Source: Pristiophorus japonicus | Lineage: Eukaryota | Reading direction: 5' to 3' | DNA length: 64,000 bases | Assembly (NCBI RefSeq): GCF_044704955.1 | Contig: NC_091993.1 | Coordinates: 131,006,001 to 131,070,000, forward strand | Part shown: in pieces, positions 11,605 through 26,094 of the stretch | How positions within the stretch are numbered: position 1 is the first letter of the stretch | How the letters are laid out: each line of letters opens with the position of its first letter | Position numbers and translations under genes: made by a program | The notes under the pieces: generated by a model | What the model was told of the DNA's origin: nothing | Databases searched by the model: none | Seen by the model: only the letters and a program-made list of their open reading frames with translations

Positions 11605-12284
11605 TGAAGAAAAGCATCGGAAGGCTTTCCTTTAACTAACATGAAAGCAACGTCCATTCAGTCCCACAAAGCTCACTCCATTCTAGAGTCCATGTATAAA
11701 TATGCCATCACAGATTCCCCAACTTTAAAGAAGTACTATCACGACCTTGCCTACTCAAACAGGAGTTACTTTTATTGGTATCGCTCGTTAAGCACCTTGG
11801 GGAAGTTTCACTACATTAAGTTCGCAAAGTTGTTAATATCACCATTATCAATCCTTGTGTGGAAAACACATTTTCATCTTTTGTGACATATTTTAAAGTG
11901 GTGGAAACCCTTTTTATGGAACAGTTATTGTTGACTAACAAGTTAACAGTCTGCCTGAAAAATAGAAAAATTAGGCACTTGAGGTCTTCAACATGCATGC
12001 CCTGGGCCCCTATTCATGAAAGGCGAACAGAGTCCCACGAGAATAACCTTGCATATATACCAAAGACTGTGTCTAAGAACATGCTGAAAGAACTACAGAC
12101 AATTTAAGCAGTTAATCCAGTAGCACATACCGTAAATGTGGTTATTGTACTGAATTGTCCCACCAGTTTCAAAATAGGACCCTTCACACGGTTACTGTTA
12201 AACATAGTAGTTTATATTTATCTACAGTAAAATCGATAACTCCTTTTCCACCTAATTGATCCAAGTTTCTCTGAAAACACCACC

Positions 12285-12615
12285 TTACATTTATATAGCA
12301 CCTTTAATGTAGTAAAACTTCTCCAGAGGCTTCACAGGAGCGTTATCAAAACAAAATTTGACACCACACCATACAAGGAGATATTAGAATAGGTGACCAG
12401 AAAGCTTGGTCAAAGAGGTAAGTTTTAAGGAGCAGAGAGAGGCAGAGGTTTAGGGAGGGAATTCCAGAGTTTAGGGCATAAAGAGCTGAAGCCATGGCTG
12501 CCAATCATGCAACGAAGGAAATCAGGAATGCCCATGAGGCCAGAATTAGAGGAACGCAGAGATCTTGGAGGGTTGGAAGAGGTTAGAGATAGGGACGGGC
12601 GAGGCCATGGAATCG
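12285..12615 (-). mobile_element. L2 LINE 3' fragment
   Basis: Homologous to the 3' end of the L2 at 47165-48318; reverse translation ...PKLWNSLP. Confidence 0.8.
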
Positions 12616-13003
12616 GTCTCCTTTCCACCAGTTATCTGCCCACTACTTCCTACTGCTTGCGTCAGATTGTTATGATCCACCACAGCACAATAGATAAGAC
12701 CTGCGTGATGTTTGCTCCTAAAGGAGAGGGCTGCATCAGCGTCAGGTGTACGGATTTACAGGTTTAGGACAAACCCACATCTTTCTGATCCAAAAGTGAG
12801 AGACTACAATCCCAAACAATTGATCATAAATGGCAATGGTCAAGGCAAGCGTGTGGTCAGAGAGAGTGTGTGGAACTAAACAAGAACAGCTCTATGCAGA
12901 AGGTATGGCTCCGGTTGCTTTCCTCATCAATCACAATTTGAAAACTGCATTCAATGTTTGGCAAATAGCAGCTTCTGAATGCAATATGTGGCAATAGAAA
13001 GTG

Positions 13004-14325
13004 AATGCATTGGTTGTCATCTTCCAAAATTCCATAGATTCTAGAACAGTTCCCACAGATTGGAAGGTAGCTAATGTAATCCCACTATTTGAGAAAGGTG
13101 GGAGAGAGAAAACTACAGACCAGTTAGCCTGACATCAGTAGTAGGGAAAATGCTAGAATCTATTATAAAAGGACATGGTAACAGGGCAGTTAGAAAATAA
13201 TAATAAGATTGGGCAGAGTCAACACAGATTTATGAAAGGGAAAGCATGTTTAACAAATCTGTTGCGTCTTTTGAGGTTGTAACTAGCAGAATAGATAAGG
13301 GGGAGGGGGAACCAGTGGATATGGTGTATTTGGATTTTCAGGAGGCATTCGTTAAGATGCCACACAAGGGGTTATTAAACAAAATCAGGGCTCATGGGAT
13401 TGGGGGTAATATACACTGGAATGGATTGAGGATTGGTTAACGATTCAGAAAACAGAGTAGAAATAAACGGGTCATTTTTGGGTTGGCAGGCTGTAACTAG
13501 TGGGAATCGGTGTTTGGGCCCCAGCTATTCACAATCTATATCAATGATTTGGATGAGGGGACCAAATGTAATATATCCAGGTTTGCTGATGATACTAAGC
13601 TAGGTGGGAATGTAAGTTGTGAGGAGGATGCAGAGAGACTTCAAGGGGATATAGACAGGCTAAGTGAGTGGGCAAGAACATGGCAAATGGAATATAATGT
13701 GGAATAATGTGAAGTTATCCACTTCTGTAGGAAAAATAGAAAAGTAGAGTATTTTTAAATGGTGAGAGATTGGGAAATATTGGTGTTCAGAGGGACCTGG
13801 GGGTCCTTGTACACGGATCACAAAGTTAACATGCAGGTACAGCAAGCAATTAAGAAAGCAAATGTTATGTTGGCCATCATTACAGGAGGATTTGAGTACA
13901 AGAGTAAAGACGGCTTAGTGCAATTTTATATGGCCCTGGTGTGACTACACCTGGAGTATTGTGCAGTTTTAGTCTCCATACCCAAGGAAGGATATAGTTG
14001 CCACAGAGGGAGTGCAAGAGAGGTTCACCAGATTGATTCCTGGGATGGGGGATTGTCCTATGAGGAGAGATTGAGTAGACTAGGCCGATATTCTCTAGAG
14101 TTTAGAAGATTGAGAGGTGATATTGAAACATACAAAATTCTTACAGGGCTTGACAAGGTTGATGCAGGGAGGATGTTTCCCCCAGGCTGGGGAGTCTAGA
14201 ACCAGGGGTCACAGTCTCAGGATAAGGAGTCGGCCATTTAGGACTGAGATGAGGAGGAATTTCTTAGGGTAGTGAATCATTGCAATTCTCTACCGCAGAG
14301 GACTGTGGAGGCTCAGGTGTTGAGT
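13004..14325 (+). mobile_element. CR1 LINE 5'-truncated ORF2 fragment (tail resumes at about 14984-15108 after an L2 insertion)
   Basis: VYLDFQEAF and RFADDTKLGG; homologous to 9540-10870. Confidence 0.88.
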
Positions 14326-14983
14326 TTCAACATCAACAACAACCTTGTATTTATACAGCGTCTGTAACATAGTAAAACGTCCCAAGGTGCTTCACAGGAG
14401 CGTTTAAAAACAAAACAAATACATGTGAAACCGAGCCACAAGAAAAAATTACAGCAGATGATCAAAAGCTTGATCAAAGAGGTAGGTTTTAAGGAGCATC
14501 TTAAAGGGTGAAAGAGAGGTAAAGAGGCTAAGAGGTTTAGAGACTTCCAGAGCTTGGAGCCCAAAAAGCTGAAGGAACGGCCACCAATGGTTGAGCAGTT
14601 ATAATCAGGGATGCTCAAGAGGGCAGAATTTGAAGAGTGTAGACATGTCGGGGGTTGTGAGGCTGATGGAGATTACAAGAGATAGGATGGGGGGAGGCCA
14701 TGGAGGCATTTATGAACAAGGATGAGGATTTTGAAATCGAGGCGTTGTTTAACCGGGAGCCAGTGTAGGTTGGCGAGCACAAGGGTGACGGATGAGCGAG
14801 ACCTGGTGCGAGTTATGACATGGGCTGCCGTGTTTTGGATGACCTCAAGTTTATGGGAAGGTCAGCCAGGAGTACATTGGAGTAGTCAAGTCTAGAGGCA
14901 ACAAAGGCACGGATGAGGGCTTCAGTAGCAGATGAGCTGAGGCAGGGGTGGAGACGGGCGATGTTATGGAGGTGGAAATAGGC
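14326..14983 (-). mobile_element. L2 LINE 3' fragment nested in CR1
   Basis: (CAA)n tail plus TATTTATACAGCG end; homology to the other L2 copies. Confidence 0.85.
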
Positions 14984-15557
14984 TAGAGATAGAGATCTAT
15001 AGGTTTGTGGATATTAAGTGAATCAAGGGATATGGGGGTAGAGCAGACAGGTGGAGTTGAGGTAGAAGATCAGCCATGATCTCATTCAATGGCAGAGCAG
15101 GCTCGAGGTTTTTTTTTCTTCCAGATAGCCAAATTGTTTTTGCACAGATTTTACATTTCAATTTGAAGAGCCTTCCTGAACTCACGCAATCTCGACAGGG
15201 CCGGGGGTGGGGTGGGGAGTGGCAGCAGCAGCTTTGTGGGTGAGGCCTCATCCAGCCACAATGAATCTTAGAGATCTTGGAAAACACCAAGGCAAGTGGT
15301 CTTGGGTGTAACTCACTTTGTTTAAAGTTCCAGAATCTATTGGGCTGGTCTGGCCGATTTTGCCCACATTGCACAGATATTGATTACGGGCCAATGTACT
15401 GACACAGTTGGTAATCCAAATCACTAAACCATTGCACCACCAAAAAAACGGTCAGTCAGGGTTTTCTGTTCCTGATTGCTTCCAGCCACTTTTGCTGCAA
15501 AGCAGCCATGTCTGGACATCTTGCTAACACTCCCTGCCGAGACTCACTGGCCTGGAT

Positions 15558-15952
15558 TCCAGCACCAGCCAGCACCCATAGACCCCAAGCACCGATGGGA
15601 CCCAAACTCTAGCACCCATGGACCCCCAGCATGCATCAGCACTTATGGAACCCATACTCTAGCACCCATGGTTCCCCAGCATGTGTCAGCACCCATGGAA
15701 CCCCAGCACCCAGCACCAGACAGCACCCATGGAACCCCAGCATGTGTCAGCACCCATGGAACCCCAGCACCCAGCACCAGACAGCACCCATGGAACCACA
15801 GCACGTGTCAGCACCCATGGAACCACAGCACGTGTCAGAACCCATGGAACCCGTATTCCAGCACCCAAGGAACCCCAGCATGCGCCAGCACCCATACTCC
15901 AGCACACATGGTACCCCAACATGTGTCAGCACCCATGGAACTCCAGTACCAG
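15558..15952. repeat. Degenerate minisatellite, about 28-34 bp units with core CAGCACCCATGGAACCCCAGCA
   Basis: About 12 visible repeats of the core. Confidence 0.85.
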
Positions 15953-16742
15953 CCCACATCTTCGGGACAGAAGAGGAAAACCGAGACGGTTATAAAGCAA
16001 GAACAAACCAAGAAAGACATCTCTGAAATTCCTTCCCAGGTTGCTTCCTAAACGTTTTTAGAAGGGTGTGGGGTCAGTGGGACGACATATCAAGATTAGA
16101 TAAATCACGTCTCCTGAAAGTGCACACATAACTCCTGCACATTCTGTGGCAGCCAAACCCAAGTGCAGAATTTACAGAACTCTGTGTTAATCTGTCCATT
16201 TTAAAATCAATTTGAAAATATTCCTTAGTTACAAGGAAGCTGTCATGATAAATTAAGACACAATATAGGATCAAGTTCTGATGAATTTGCAGTAAGTTGC
16301 TGCTTTTTGAACCTTTACCCCTTCCAACACAAAATAAAACTTTTACGCCTTCCTACTGAAAGATGCTTTCATTACACCATCTGAACTGCATTTAAACCCA
16401 GGTTTCACAGCTTTAACAACCTGTGCTGTCACCGAAACCAAATAGTCCCCGCTTTATCCAATAATTCATAATGTCTCGTAAATCTATCCTTCCTGCCACC
16501 CAGTGGCAAAGTTTGAACTTTACATCCACACGTGCAACTCGATGATCAAGTTTATCCTTAATTGCAAAACACTGTACAACAAAGGCATGCAACCTGCAGC
16601 TCGCAGCACACATGCAGCTCCTGAACCTGGCCAATTTATTCCTGTATTTCTTGCTCGCTGACTTGTCCTGTTTGTGGCTCCTTAACTGATAGACAAATTC
16701 TAAACCAAGATCTGTTGGCATCTGCAACTTGAGATATAAAGA

Positions 16743-18135
16743 ACAACTTGTATTTATTGTATTTAGTGCCTTTAATGTAATAATATGTCTAAAAGGAGCT
16801 TCATAAAACAAAATTTGACACTGAGCCAGATAAGGCGATATTAGGCAGATGACCAAAAGCTTGGTCAAAGAGGTAGGTTTTGAAGAAAGATTTGGATTTA
16901 TATAGCGCCTTTCACAATCACCGGATGTCTCAAGGAGTATTTTAAAGGAGTAAGGAGTGGAAGAGAGGTGGAGGTGCTTAGGGATGGAATTCCAGAGCTT
17001 AGAGCCTTGAATTGTGGGGCTGGAGGAGGTTACAGAGGTAGGGAGGGGCGAGGCTATGGAGGGTTTAGAAAACAAGAATGCGAATTTTAAAATTGAGGCA
17101 TTACTTAACTGGGAGCCAATGCAGGTCAGCGAGCACAGGGGGTGATGGGTGAACGGAATTTGGTGCGAGCTAGGATACGGGCAGCAGAGCTTTGGATCAC
17201 CTCAAGTTTCTGTAGAGTAGAATTGAGAGGCCAACCAGGAATGTGTTGGAATAGTCAAGTCTGGAGGTAACAAAGGCATGGATGAGGGTTTCAGCAGCAG
17301 ATGAGCTGAGGCAGGGGCAGAGATGGGCAATGTTATGGAGGTGAAAATAGGCGGTCTTAGTTATGCTGCAAATGTGTGGTCGAACACTCATTTCACAATC
17401 AAATATGACACCAAGATTGTGAACAGTGTGGTTCAGCCTCAGACAAATGTTGAGTGGGATGGAGTCTGTGGCTATAGAACAGAGTTTATGGCGGGGACCG
17501 AAGACAATGGCTTCAGTCTTTCCAATATTTAACTGGAGGAAATTTCTGCTCATCCAGTACTGGATGTTGGATAAGCAGTCTGATCATTTAGAGGCAGCGG
17601 AGGAGTCGACAGAAATGGTGGTGAGGTAGAGCTTGGTGTCGTCAGTGTACATGTGGAACCCAATGCTGTTTTCAGATGATGTCGCCAAGGGGCAACATGT
17701 AGATGAGAGGAGGGGGCCAAGGATAGATCCTTGGCGATTACCAGAGTTAACGATGCGGGGACGGGAAGAGAAGCCGTTGTAGGCGAGTCTCTGGCTACGA
17801 TTAGATAGATAAGAATGGAACCAGGCGAGTGCAGTCCCACCCAGCTGGACGATGGTGGAGAGGCGTTGGAGGAGAATGGAGTGGTCAACTGTGTCACAGG
17901 CTGCAGACAGGTCGAGAAGAACGAGGAGCGATAGTTTACCTTTATCACGTCACAAAGGATGTCATTTGTGACTTCGGTAAGAGCCGTTTCAGTACTGTGG
18001 CGAGGTGAAAACATGGAGCTCCGGGAAAGAGGATGAAGGATTTGGGATGTGACAACACACTCAAGGACTTGAGAGGAAAGGGAGGCTGGAGTTGGGGCGG
18101 CAGTTTGCAAGGACACAGGGATCAAGGGTGGTTTT
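16743..18135 (-). mobile_element. L2 LINE, 5'-truncated
   Basis: ORF 17197-17553 (FLQLNIGKTE...HAFVTSRLDYSN) and HSTETAL are typical of L2 ORF2. Confidence 0.9.
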
Positions 18136-19154
18136 ATTTATTTATTTTTTTTTTTAAATAGGAGAGGGGTACAGTATCAGAGATCATCAGTTAACATCAG
18201 CCAACATGGGAACCAGAAAATGAATTTGTCGGTCAAGTTTAGTGGGAATAGGGTTGAGGGAGCAGGATGCAAGTCTCATGGACAAGATGAGCGCGGAGAG
18301 GTCATGAGGGAGAAGTGGAGCAAGGTGCGAGTTCAGGGCTATGCAAATGAACAAACTTTCAATGTATTGCCCTCGTTTCTCCCCCCCCCCCCCCCCACCG
18401 CTCCAACGTACACATCGTGCAACCCAGGAGGGGAAAAAGCAGAAACATATACGGGAAGTTGACAAGCAGCTTAATATAATTGCAAGTTTGCTTGTTCCAG
18501 TCACAAACTGAAATAAAAGCAGAAGAGGAGCCTCACTCGGACTTCAAATCAGCACCATTTAACTAGACTGGCTCCATGGATTTTATCAGAGACCAGCGAG
18601 TGGTGACTCAGCTGTGCCGAGACATACAGCAAGCTGCCTGTGTTGCCATTTGCCCATTGCACATCTGTGTTTACAAGAGGAACAGGAAGTGTATTTTTAG
18701 ATCTCGCCCCTCTCTACCACCCTGCCCCACCCCCTCTCCCAGGTGGACCAATGATTCATTTTACCTTCTAGTCCTGCGACTGGAATTTTTAGCTCAGCCT
18801 TTACCAGAACAGGAAAACTCTAAACAGTGCACAAACTCTTCAATAATCACTACAAGCCCATCATCTCCGACCGTGCCAATTCAATGCTGCACTTTTCTGC
18901 TTTTTATAAACAAAGAAACCTGCCCAATCTGCATCATAAAATGGTGAGTCTTTGAATTTTCCTCTCGTTTCTCCTAAACGATAAAAACATTGCAGTATTC
19001 CAGATCCGACATCATTGTGTTGCTATCACAACCCAGCTCACCAACTCCTACTTGGACTCATTCTGTCCCAGACCCAAAAACCACAAAATCCTTCACATTG
19101 ATGGGCAGCTCTTCTTTTTGTAAATCGGGAAGTAACGGCTAAGCAACAGCACGT

Positions 19155-19288
19155 TTGAAACATAGAAACATAGAAAATAGGTGCAGGAGTAGGCCATTCG
19201 GCCCTTCTAGCCTGCACCGCCATTCAATGAGTTCATGGCTGAACATTCAACTTCAGTACCCCATTCCTGCTTTCTCGCCATACCCCAT
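19155..19288 (-). mobile_element. CR1 3' tail fragment
   Basis: GAAACATAGAAACATAGAAAATAGGTGCAGG octamer tail. Confidence 0.85.
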
Positions 19289-20544
19289 TGGTGCGGTCCT
19301 GCGCTTGGATTCTTTCCCAAAGTTTCACAAGAAAATATACAACTGAAAAGGAATACGGCATTATTGTTTCCATTCTACAAAACCAATTCAAAACTAAATA
19401 GAGCAGATCGTATTTGCAAACAATGCCAGTAAGCTGATGAAGATCAGTCCCAATTCCCCATTTACACTGCAGACCAACTGGACAACACCAAGTCCATCTG
19501 ACAGACAGCTCAGGCCACCTTGACCAACTGCCCTAAGGGCGCTTCTCCATTGCAGAATTGCAGCCAAAAGAGGAGGCACGGTCTCCCTCGGTCAGCTGCC
19601 CCACAGATCCAGGGGAAGGGAGATATCAATCTGCTACACAGAGTGACGATCACAGCTTCTGTAAATGTGCTCCATAGTTCCATAGGCCAAGGACACATCA
19701 GGGCTGTGGGATTAGCCTGGAATGTTACAGCAAAGATCTGGCAGACATATTTGGTGAAATTGCCTCCTTCTGCACTGTGAACTTTGAAGATGCTTTCCTC
19801 ACATGTGCTCAAACAATTGACCAAAACTTAAAACACGAGGTATAAAGGAGGCTTATGAATTAATAATCTACCTTGGCTCCCTTTTAGGCTATCTGAATGA
19901 AGCACGAGTTCTCCATCCGGCACTTCAACATTCCCGCTACATCTACACTGCTTCACAATACCAGGTGTGCCTGCTTTAGTCCATGTTAACTTGAGCAGAG
20001 AAAAAGATTAAAATCAGGCAAAGCGTGAAATTCATAGGGACTGTCTCACTGTCACAACCAGTTATTTTTTTTTTTAAAAAGCACGGAAAGAAAAAGTGCC
20101 TTTATTTATTAATCTTGGAATATTTAAGTGTTGAATATCACAAGGGAGTTTACTTACCCAGATGTAATTGGGTTTACAAGTGTATTTGTTGAGCAGCCCT
20201 CTACCTGATATCGCAATTTACAAACTGTTCAAAAACATCAAGGTCGGGAAAAAGTTTGTTTAAGAATCTCTAAACCCTTCGAAATGTGATTCCTCACTAG
20301 CTGCTAACACTTTTTTCACCCAAAAAGATTTCCCACTAGCCCTCGAAACTTGCTTCTGCCTCCGACTGGGCGACAGGAGGCAGGCAGAAGAACCAGAGCA
20401 AGTTAAAAATGTAAAACTAAATTTGGTTTGGTTAAAGTTACACAGGGCCTCAAGGCTCAGAGGTCCCAAATATGAATGAAGTCTGGGTGTGTCCCTCAGC
20501 AGCAACCCACTACTAATGGAACTTTGGGACAGGAGTCTCCATAC

Positions 20545-21380
20545 GCTCAGACTGCTTGTCCGACATCCAGCACGGGATGAGTAGAAATTTCCTCCAATTA
20601 AATAAAGGGAAGACCGAAGCCATTGCCTTCGGTTCACGCCACAAACTCCTTTCCTTTGCCACTGATTCGATCTCTCTCCCCGGCAACTGTTGAAGGTTAA
20701 CCAAGTCTGTTTACAATTGAGCTCCCTACCTCATATCTGTTCGATCACCAATACCACCCATTTCCACCTTCGTAATAGCGCCCCATCTCCGCCCTTGCCT
20801 CAACTTATCTGCTGCCAAACCCTCATCCATGCCTTTATCACCTCTAGATTGGACTATTCCAACACTTCATGCTGGCCTCCCAAGTTCTTCCCTCCCTAAC
20901 TTGGTGATCCAAAACTCTGCTGCCCGTTTCCGAACACACACCAAGTCCCACTCACCCATCACCCAGTGCTCCCTGACACGCAACGCATCGATTTTAAAAT
21001 TCTCATCCTCATTTTCAAATCTCTCCACGGCCTGGCCCCTCCTCATCTCTAATCTCCTCCAGCTGTATAATCCCCCTAGACCTTTGCGCTCCACCTATTC
21101 TGGCCTTTTGAACATCCCCAATTTTAATTGTTCCACCATTGGCAGCTATGCCTTCAGCTACCTAGGCCCCAAGCTCTGGAATTCCCACCCTAAATCTCTC
21201 CACTTCTCTTTCCTCCTTTAAGACGCTCCTTAAAACTTACCTCTTTGACCAAGCTTTTGGTCATCTGCCCGAACATCTCCTTATGTGGCTCAGTGTCAAT
21301 TCTTTTTGTAGCGCTCCTGTGAAGCGCCTTCGGACGTTTTATTACATTAAAAGCACTATATAAATATAATTTGTTGTTAA
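20545..21380 (+). mobile_element. L2 LINE 3' fragment
   Basis: HAFITSRLDYSN, IQNSAAR, PKLWNS; TTGTTG tail. Confidence 0.85.
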
Positions 21381-21382
21381 TT

Positions 21383-22620
21383 AGGCCATTTAGCCCTAGT
21401 GCTTGTCCCATCATTCAATCAGATCATGGCTGATCTGTACTTAACTCCATTTATCTGCCCTTGCTCCATATCCCGATACATTTACCTAATAAAATGGCAC
21501 ACTCAGTATTGAAAGTTTCAATTGATCCAGCCGTTTGAGTGAAAAGTGCTTCCTGATTTCACTCCTAAAAGGCCCAGCTTGAATCTTGTTGCCCCCTTGT
21601 TCTGGATTCCCACACCAGAGGAATTAGTATCCCTCTATCACCCTATTGAATCCTTTCCGCATTTTGAACACCTCAATTAAATCACCTCTCAATTTTCTAA
21701 ACTAAAGGGAATAAAAGCAAAGTTTATTCTACTTGCCTTCATAATTTAATCCTCATTCTGGTGACTATGCACTGTACCCTTTCCAAATATATCCTTCCCA
21801 AGATCGGTGCTCAAAACTGAACGCAGTACTCCAGATGCGGTACAGGTGAAGCATCATTTCCACACTTATTGAATTCGAAGCACATTGAGATAAAGGTCAA
21901 CATTCCATTAGCCTTTTTGATTAATGTTTGTACCACTAGGTTTGTGACGTGTATCCATCGACACCCAAATCCCTTTGCTTCGCCACAGCTTCTAGTCTCT
22001 CACTCAGAAAATATTAGGAACACAGGAACAGGAGGCCTCGAACATGCTCCGCCATTCAATTAGATCATGTCTGATCTACATCTAAACTCCATTTTCCTGG
22101 ATACACTTACTTAACATCTATTGATCAGTCTCAGAAGCTCCAATTGTCCACAGGCTCATGGAGAGACAAAGTTCCAGATTTCCACGACCCTGTGAGAAAT
22201 GTGCTTCCTGATTTTGCTCCTGAATGGCCTAGCTCTAAACCTCCCCGCACCCCCCCCCCCCCCACCAGAGGACATAATCCCTCTGCATATCAAACCTTTT
22301 AAAATCTTAAATACCTCGATCAGATCACCCAGTCTTCTAAACTCAGGGAATACAAGCCAACTTTATGCAATGTGTCCTCAAAATGTAACCCTCTAAGCCC
22401 CGGTATCATTAGAATGTGTCCTTCTCAAATCCAGAGTGGATGACTTCACACTTCCTGACAGCAAACTCCATCTGCCATAGTTTTGCCCAGTTAGTCGCTT
22501 GATGTTCATTTGTAACTTCCTCCTCCAACTTACTGTGCCTCTGAACAGCATCATCTGTAAACTTAGATATACAAGTCTGTTCCTTCATCCAAGTCATTAA
22601 TATATACAGTGAAAGACTGA
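21383..22620 (-). mobile_element. Two old, diverged CR1 3' fragments
   Basis: Degenerate CR1 3' ends at about 21383 and 22018; CISKFTDD and KCEVIH remnants. Confidence 0.65.
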
Positions 22621-23001
22621 AGCTTTTCACCATATATAGGAATGCACTGCAATGTTGGAGCACAAGCACATGGAGTTACAGTGGAAGCAGAGGCTCAATG
22701 CCCCACCTTATTAAATTATCAGTTGCACCACTGTGGGACGATGTCAAACTTAGTCCCTAACTAAGGAAGCTGGGAGAGTGTGTCCCAAGCCTGCTCAAAT
22801 GGCTCTGTGCTGCACTGGCAAAGGCCCGGAAAGAGTAAAAGGACCATCCAGCTCTGTGGCTGTTCCTTCACAGTCCCAATCGTGAGTACCATGTAGTTAA
22901 AACATGCTCAAGTAATGTAGACCCGGAGCTCCAACACCTTGTACTTTGAGCTGCAGAATAACGATTCATCCTGCAGTTACTCACACAGCAACTCGAAGAT
23001 T

Positions 23002-25421
23002 TAGAAACATAGAAAATAGGTGCAGAAATAGGCCATTCGGCCCTTCGAGCCTGCACCGCCATTCAATGAGTTCATGGCTGAACATGCAACTTCAGTACCC
23101 CATTCCTGCTTTCTCACTATACCCCTTGATTCCCCTAGTAGTAAGGACTACATCTAACTCCTTTTTGAATATATATAGTGAATTGGCCTCAACAACTTTC
23201 TGTGTAGAGAATTCCACAGGTTCACCACTCTCTGGGTGAAGAAGTTTCTCCTCATCTCGGTCCTAAATGGCTGACCCCTTATCCTTAGACTGTGACCCTT
23301 GGTTCTGGACTTCCCCAACATTGGGAACATTCTTCCTGCATCTAACCTGTCTAAACCCATCAGAATTTTAAACGTTTCTATGAGATCCCCTCTCATTCTT
23401 CTGAACCCCAGTGAATACAAGCCCAGTTGATCCAGTCTTTCTTGATAGGTCAGTCCCGCCATCCCGGGAATCAGTCTGGTGAACTTTCGCTGCACTCCCT
23501 CAATAGCAAGAATGTCCTTCCTCAAGAGCAAGAATGTTCTTCCTCAAGTTAGGAGACCAAAACTGTACACAATACCCCAGGTGTGGCCTCACCAAGGCCC
23601 TGTACAACTGTAGTAACACCTCCCTGCCCCTGTACTCAAATCCCCTCGTTATGAAGGCCAACATGCCATTTGCTTTCTTAACTGCCTGCTGTACCTGCAT
23701 GCCACCCTTCAATGACTGATGTACCATGACACCCAGGTCTCGTTGCCCCTCCCCTTTTCCTAATCTGTCACCATTCAGATAATAGTCTGTCTCTCTGTTT
23801 TTACCACCAAAGTGGATAACCTCACATTTATCCACATTATACTTATGCCATGCATTTGCCCACTCACCTAACCTATCCAAGTCACTCTGCAGCCTCATGG
23901 CATCCTCCTCACAGCTCACACTGCCACCCAACTTAGTGTCATCTGCAAATTTGGAGATACGACATTTAATCCCCTCGTCTAAATCATTAATGTACAATGT
24001 AAACAGCTGGGGCCCCAGCACAGAACCTTGCAGTCCCCCACTAGTCACTGCCTTCTATTCTGAAAAGTACCCATTTACTCCTACTCTTTGCTTCCTGTCT
24101 GCCAACCAGTTCTCAATCCACGTCAGCACACTACCCCCAGTCCCATGTGTTTTAACTTTGCACATTAATCTCTTGTGTGGCACCTTGTCGAAAGCCTTCT
24201 GAAAGTCCAAATACACCACATCTACTGGTTCTCCCTTGTCCACTCTACTGAAAACATCCTCAAAAAATGCCAGAAGATTTAGCAAGCATGATTTCCCTTT
24301 CACAAATCCATGCTGACTTGGACCTATCATGTCACCTCTTTCCAAATGCGCTGCTATGACATCCTTAATAATTGATTCCATCATTTTACCCACTACCGAT
24401 ATCAGGCTGACCGGTCTATAATTCCCTGTTTTCTCTCTTCCCTCCTTTTTTAAAAAGTGGGGTTACATTGGCTACCCTCCACTCCATAGGAACTGATCCA
24501 GATCTATGGAATGTTGGAAAATGACTGTCAATGCATCCGCTATTTCCAAGGCCACCTCCTTAAGTACTCTGGGATGCAGTCCATCAGGCCCTGGGGATTT
24601 ATCGGCCTTCAATTTCCCCAATACAATTTCCCGGCTAATAAGGATTTCCCTCAGTTCCTCCTTCTTACTCGACCCTCTGACCCCTTTTATATCCGGAAGG
24701 TTGTTTGTGTCCTCCTTAGTGAATACCGAACCAAAGTACTTGTTCAATTGGTCTGCCATTTCTTTGTTCCCCGTTATAACTTCCCCTGATTCTGACTGCA
24801 GAGGACCTAAATTTGTCTTTACTAACCTTTTTCTCTTTACATATCTATAGAAACTTAAGGAAGGATATACTGGCTTTGGAAGGGGTACAGAGACAATTAA
24901 CTAGGCTGATTCCGCAGAAGAGGGGGTTACCTTATGATGACAGATTGAGTAGACTGGGTCTTTACTTGTTGGGAGTTCAGAAGGATGAGGAGTGATCTTA
25001 TAGAAACATTTCAAATTATGAAAAGGGATAGACAAGATAGAGGCAGAGAGGTTGTTTCCACTGGTCGGGAAGACTAGAACTAGGGGGCACACAGCCTCAA
25101 AATACGGGGGAGCCAATTTAAAATCGAGTTGAGAAGGAATTTCTTCTCCCAGAGGGTTGTGAATCTGTGGAATTCTCTGACCAAGGAAGCAGTTGAGGCT
25201 AGCTCATTGAATGTATTCAAGTCACAGATAGATAGATTTTTAACCAATAAGGGAATTAAGGGTTATGGGGAGAGGGCGGGTAAGTGGAGCTGAGTCCATG
25301 GCCAGATCAGCCATGATCTTATTGAATGGTGGAGCAGGCTCGAGGGGCTAGATGGCCTACTCCTGTTCCTAATTCTTATGTTCTTATGAAACTTTTGCAG
25401 TTCCTCTTAATGTTCCCTGCA
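23002..25421 (-). mobile_element. CR1 LINE, 5'-truncated, interrupted at 24857-25387 by an opposite-strand CR1
   Basis: ORF2 pieces at 23154-24759 (LDFQKAFDKVPH, FADDTK); tail at 23002; host sequence resumes at 25388. Confidence 0.92.
24857..25387 (+). mobile_element. CR1 3' fragment of another subfamily, nested
   Basis: Tail (TTCTTATG)n; GAAACTT duplicated at 24850-24856 and 25388-25394. Confidence 0.88.
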
Positions 25422-26094
25422 TAGGCATCGGCAAGTTTCTTGCCAAGGGAATCATCTGGCACATATGGAGGCCACAGAAGGGAAAGGAAAGAAATCATCT
25501 TTACTTTAAATACTCATGTGATTACGCAAGTCACACACACTTTAAAAACTACACAACCTTTCATAAAATATCTAACTAATAGCAAATTTAATTTTACCAT
25601 CAAACTACCACATCTCCCATCCCATGGTGAATCAGAGCTTACGCTGTTGCAGTGAAGTGGGGTAAATTAACATGGTCACTAAAAGAAGTTTGAGAGACTT
25701 GCTCAGACAGTAAATCCTCACGTTTCCCAAGAACCAACTGATAAAAAAAAATTTCCCTATTGGATATATTTAACGTGACATGTGCCAACATTCATTGCCC
25801 ATAGAGATGTATGGGCAATAAATGCCAGCATTGCCAGTGACGCCTACATCACAAGAATGAATTATACACACTTTAGGCAAAACTGATTACAGATAATGCA
25901 CAGTCCAGATAGCATGAGTTCGTATTCTCCAGATGGACCAGCACACTCTTTACTTGACCAATCTTGCCTCCCTCCCGAGTCAGAATGTGTACTCCCCAAT
26001 AGCCAAGTGGGTAAGGGTGTCACCCAGCATGGCACGAGAGAGAGCTGGAGATGTAAAATTTCCTACTAGTACTAAGTTAGCCAAGGTAGGGTGC

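Noticed and set aside
15476-16051. Repetitive Pro/His-rich ORFs (191, 131 and 104 aa)
   Set aside because: All frames are open because of the minisatellite; no splice or domain support.
16413-17075. 220-aa minus-strand ORF
   Set aside because: The first half is L2 3' sequence and the remainder has no recognisable domain; chance ORF.
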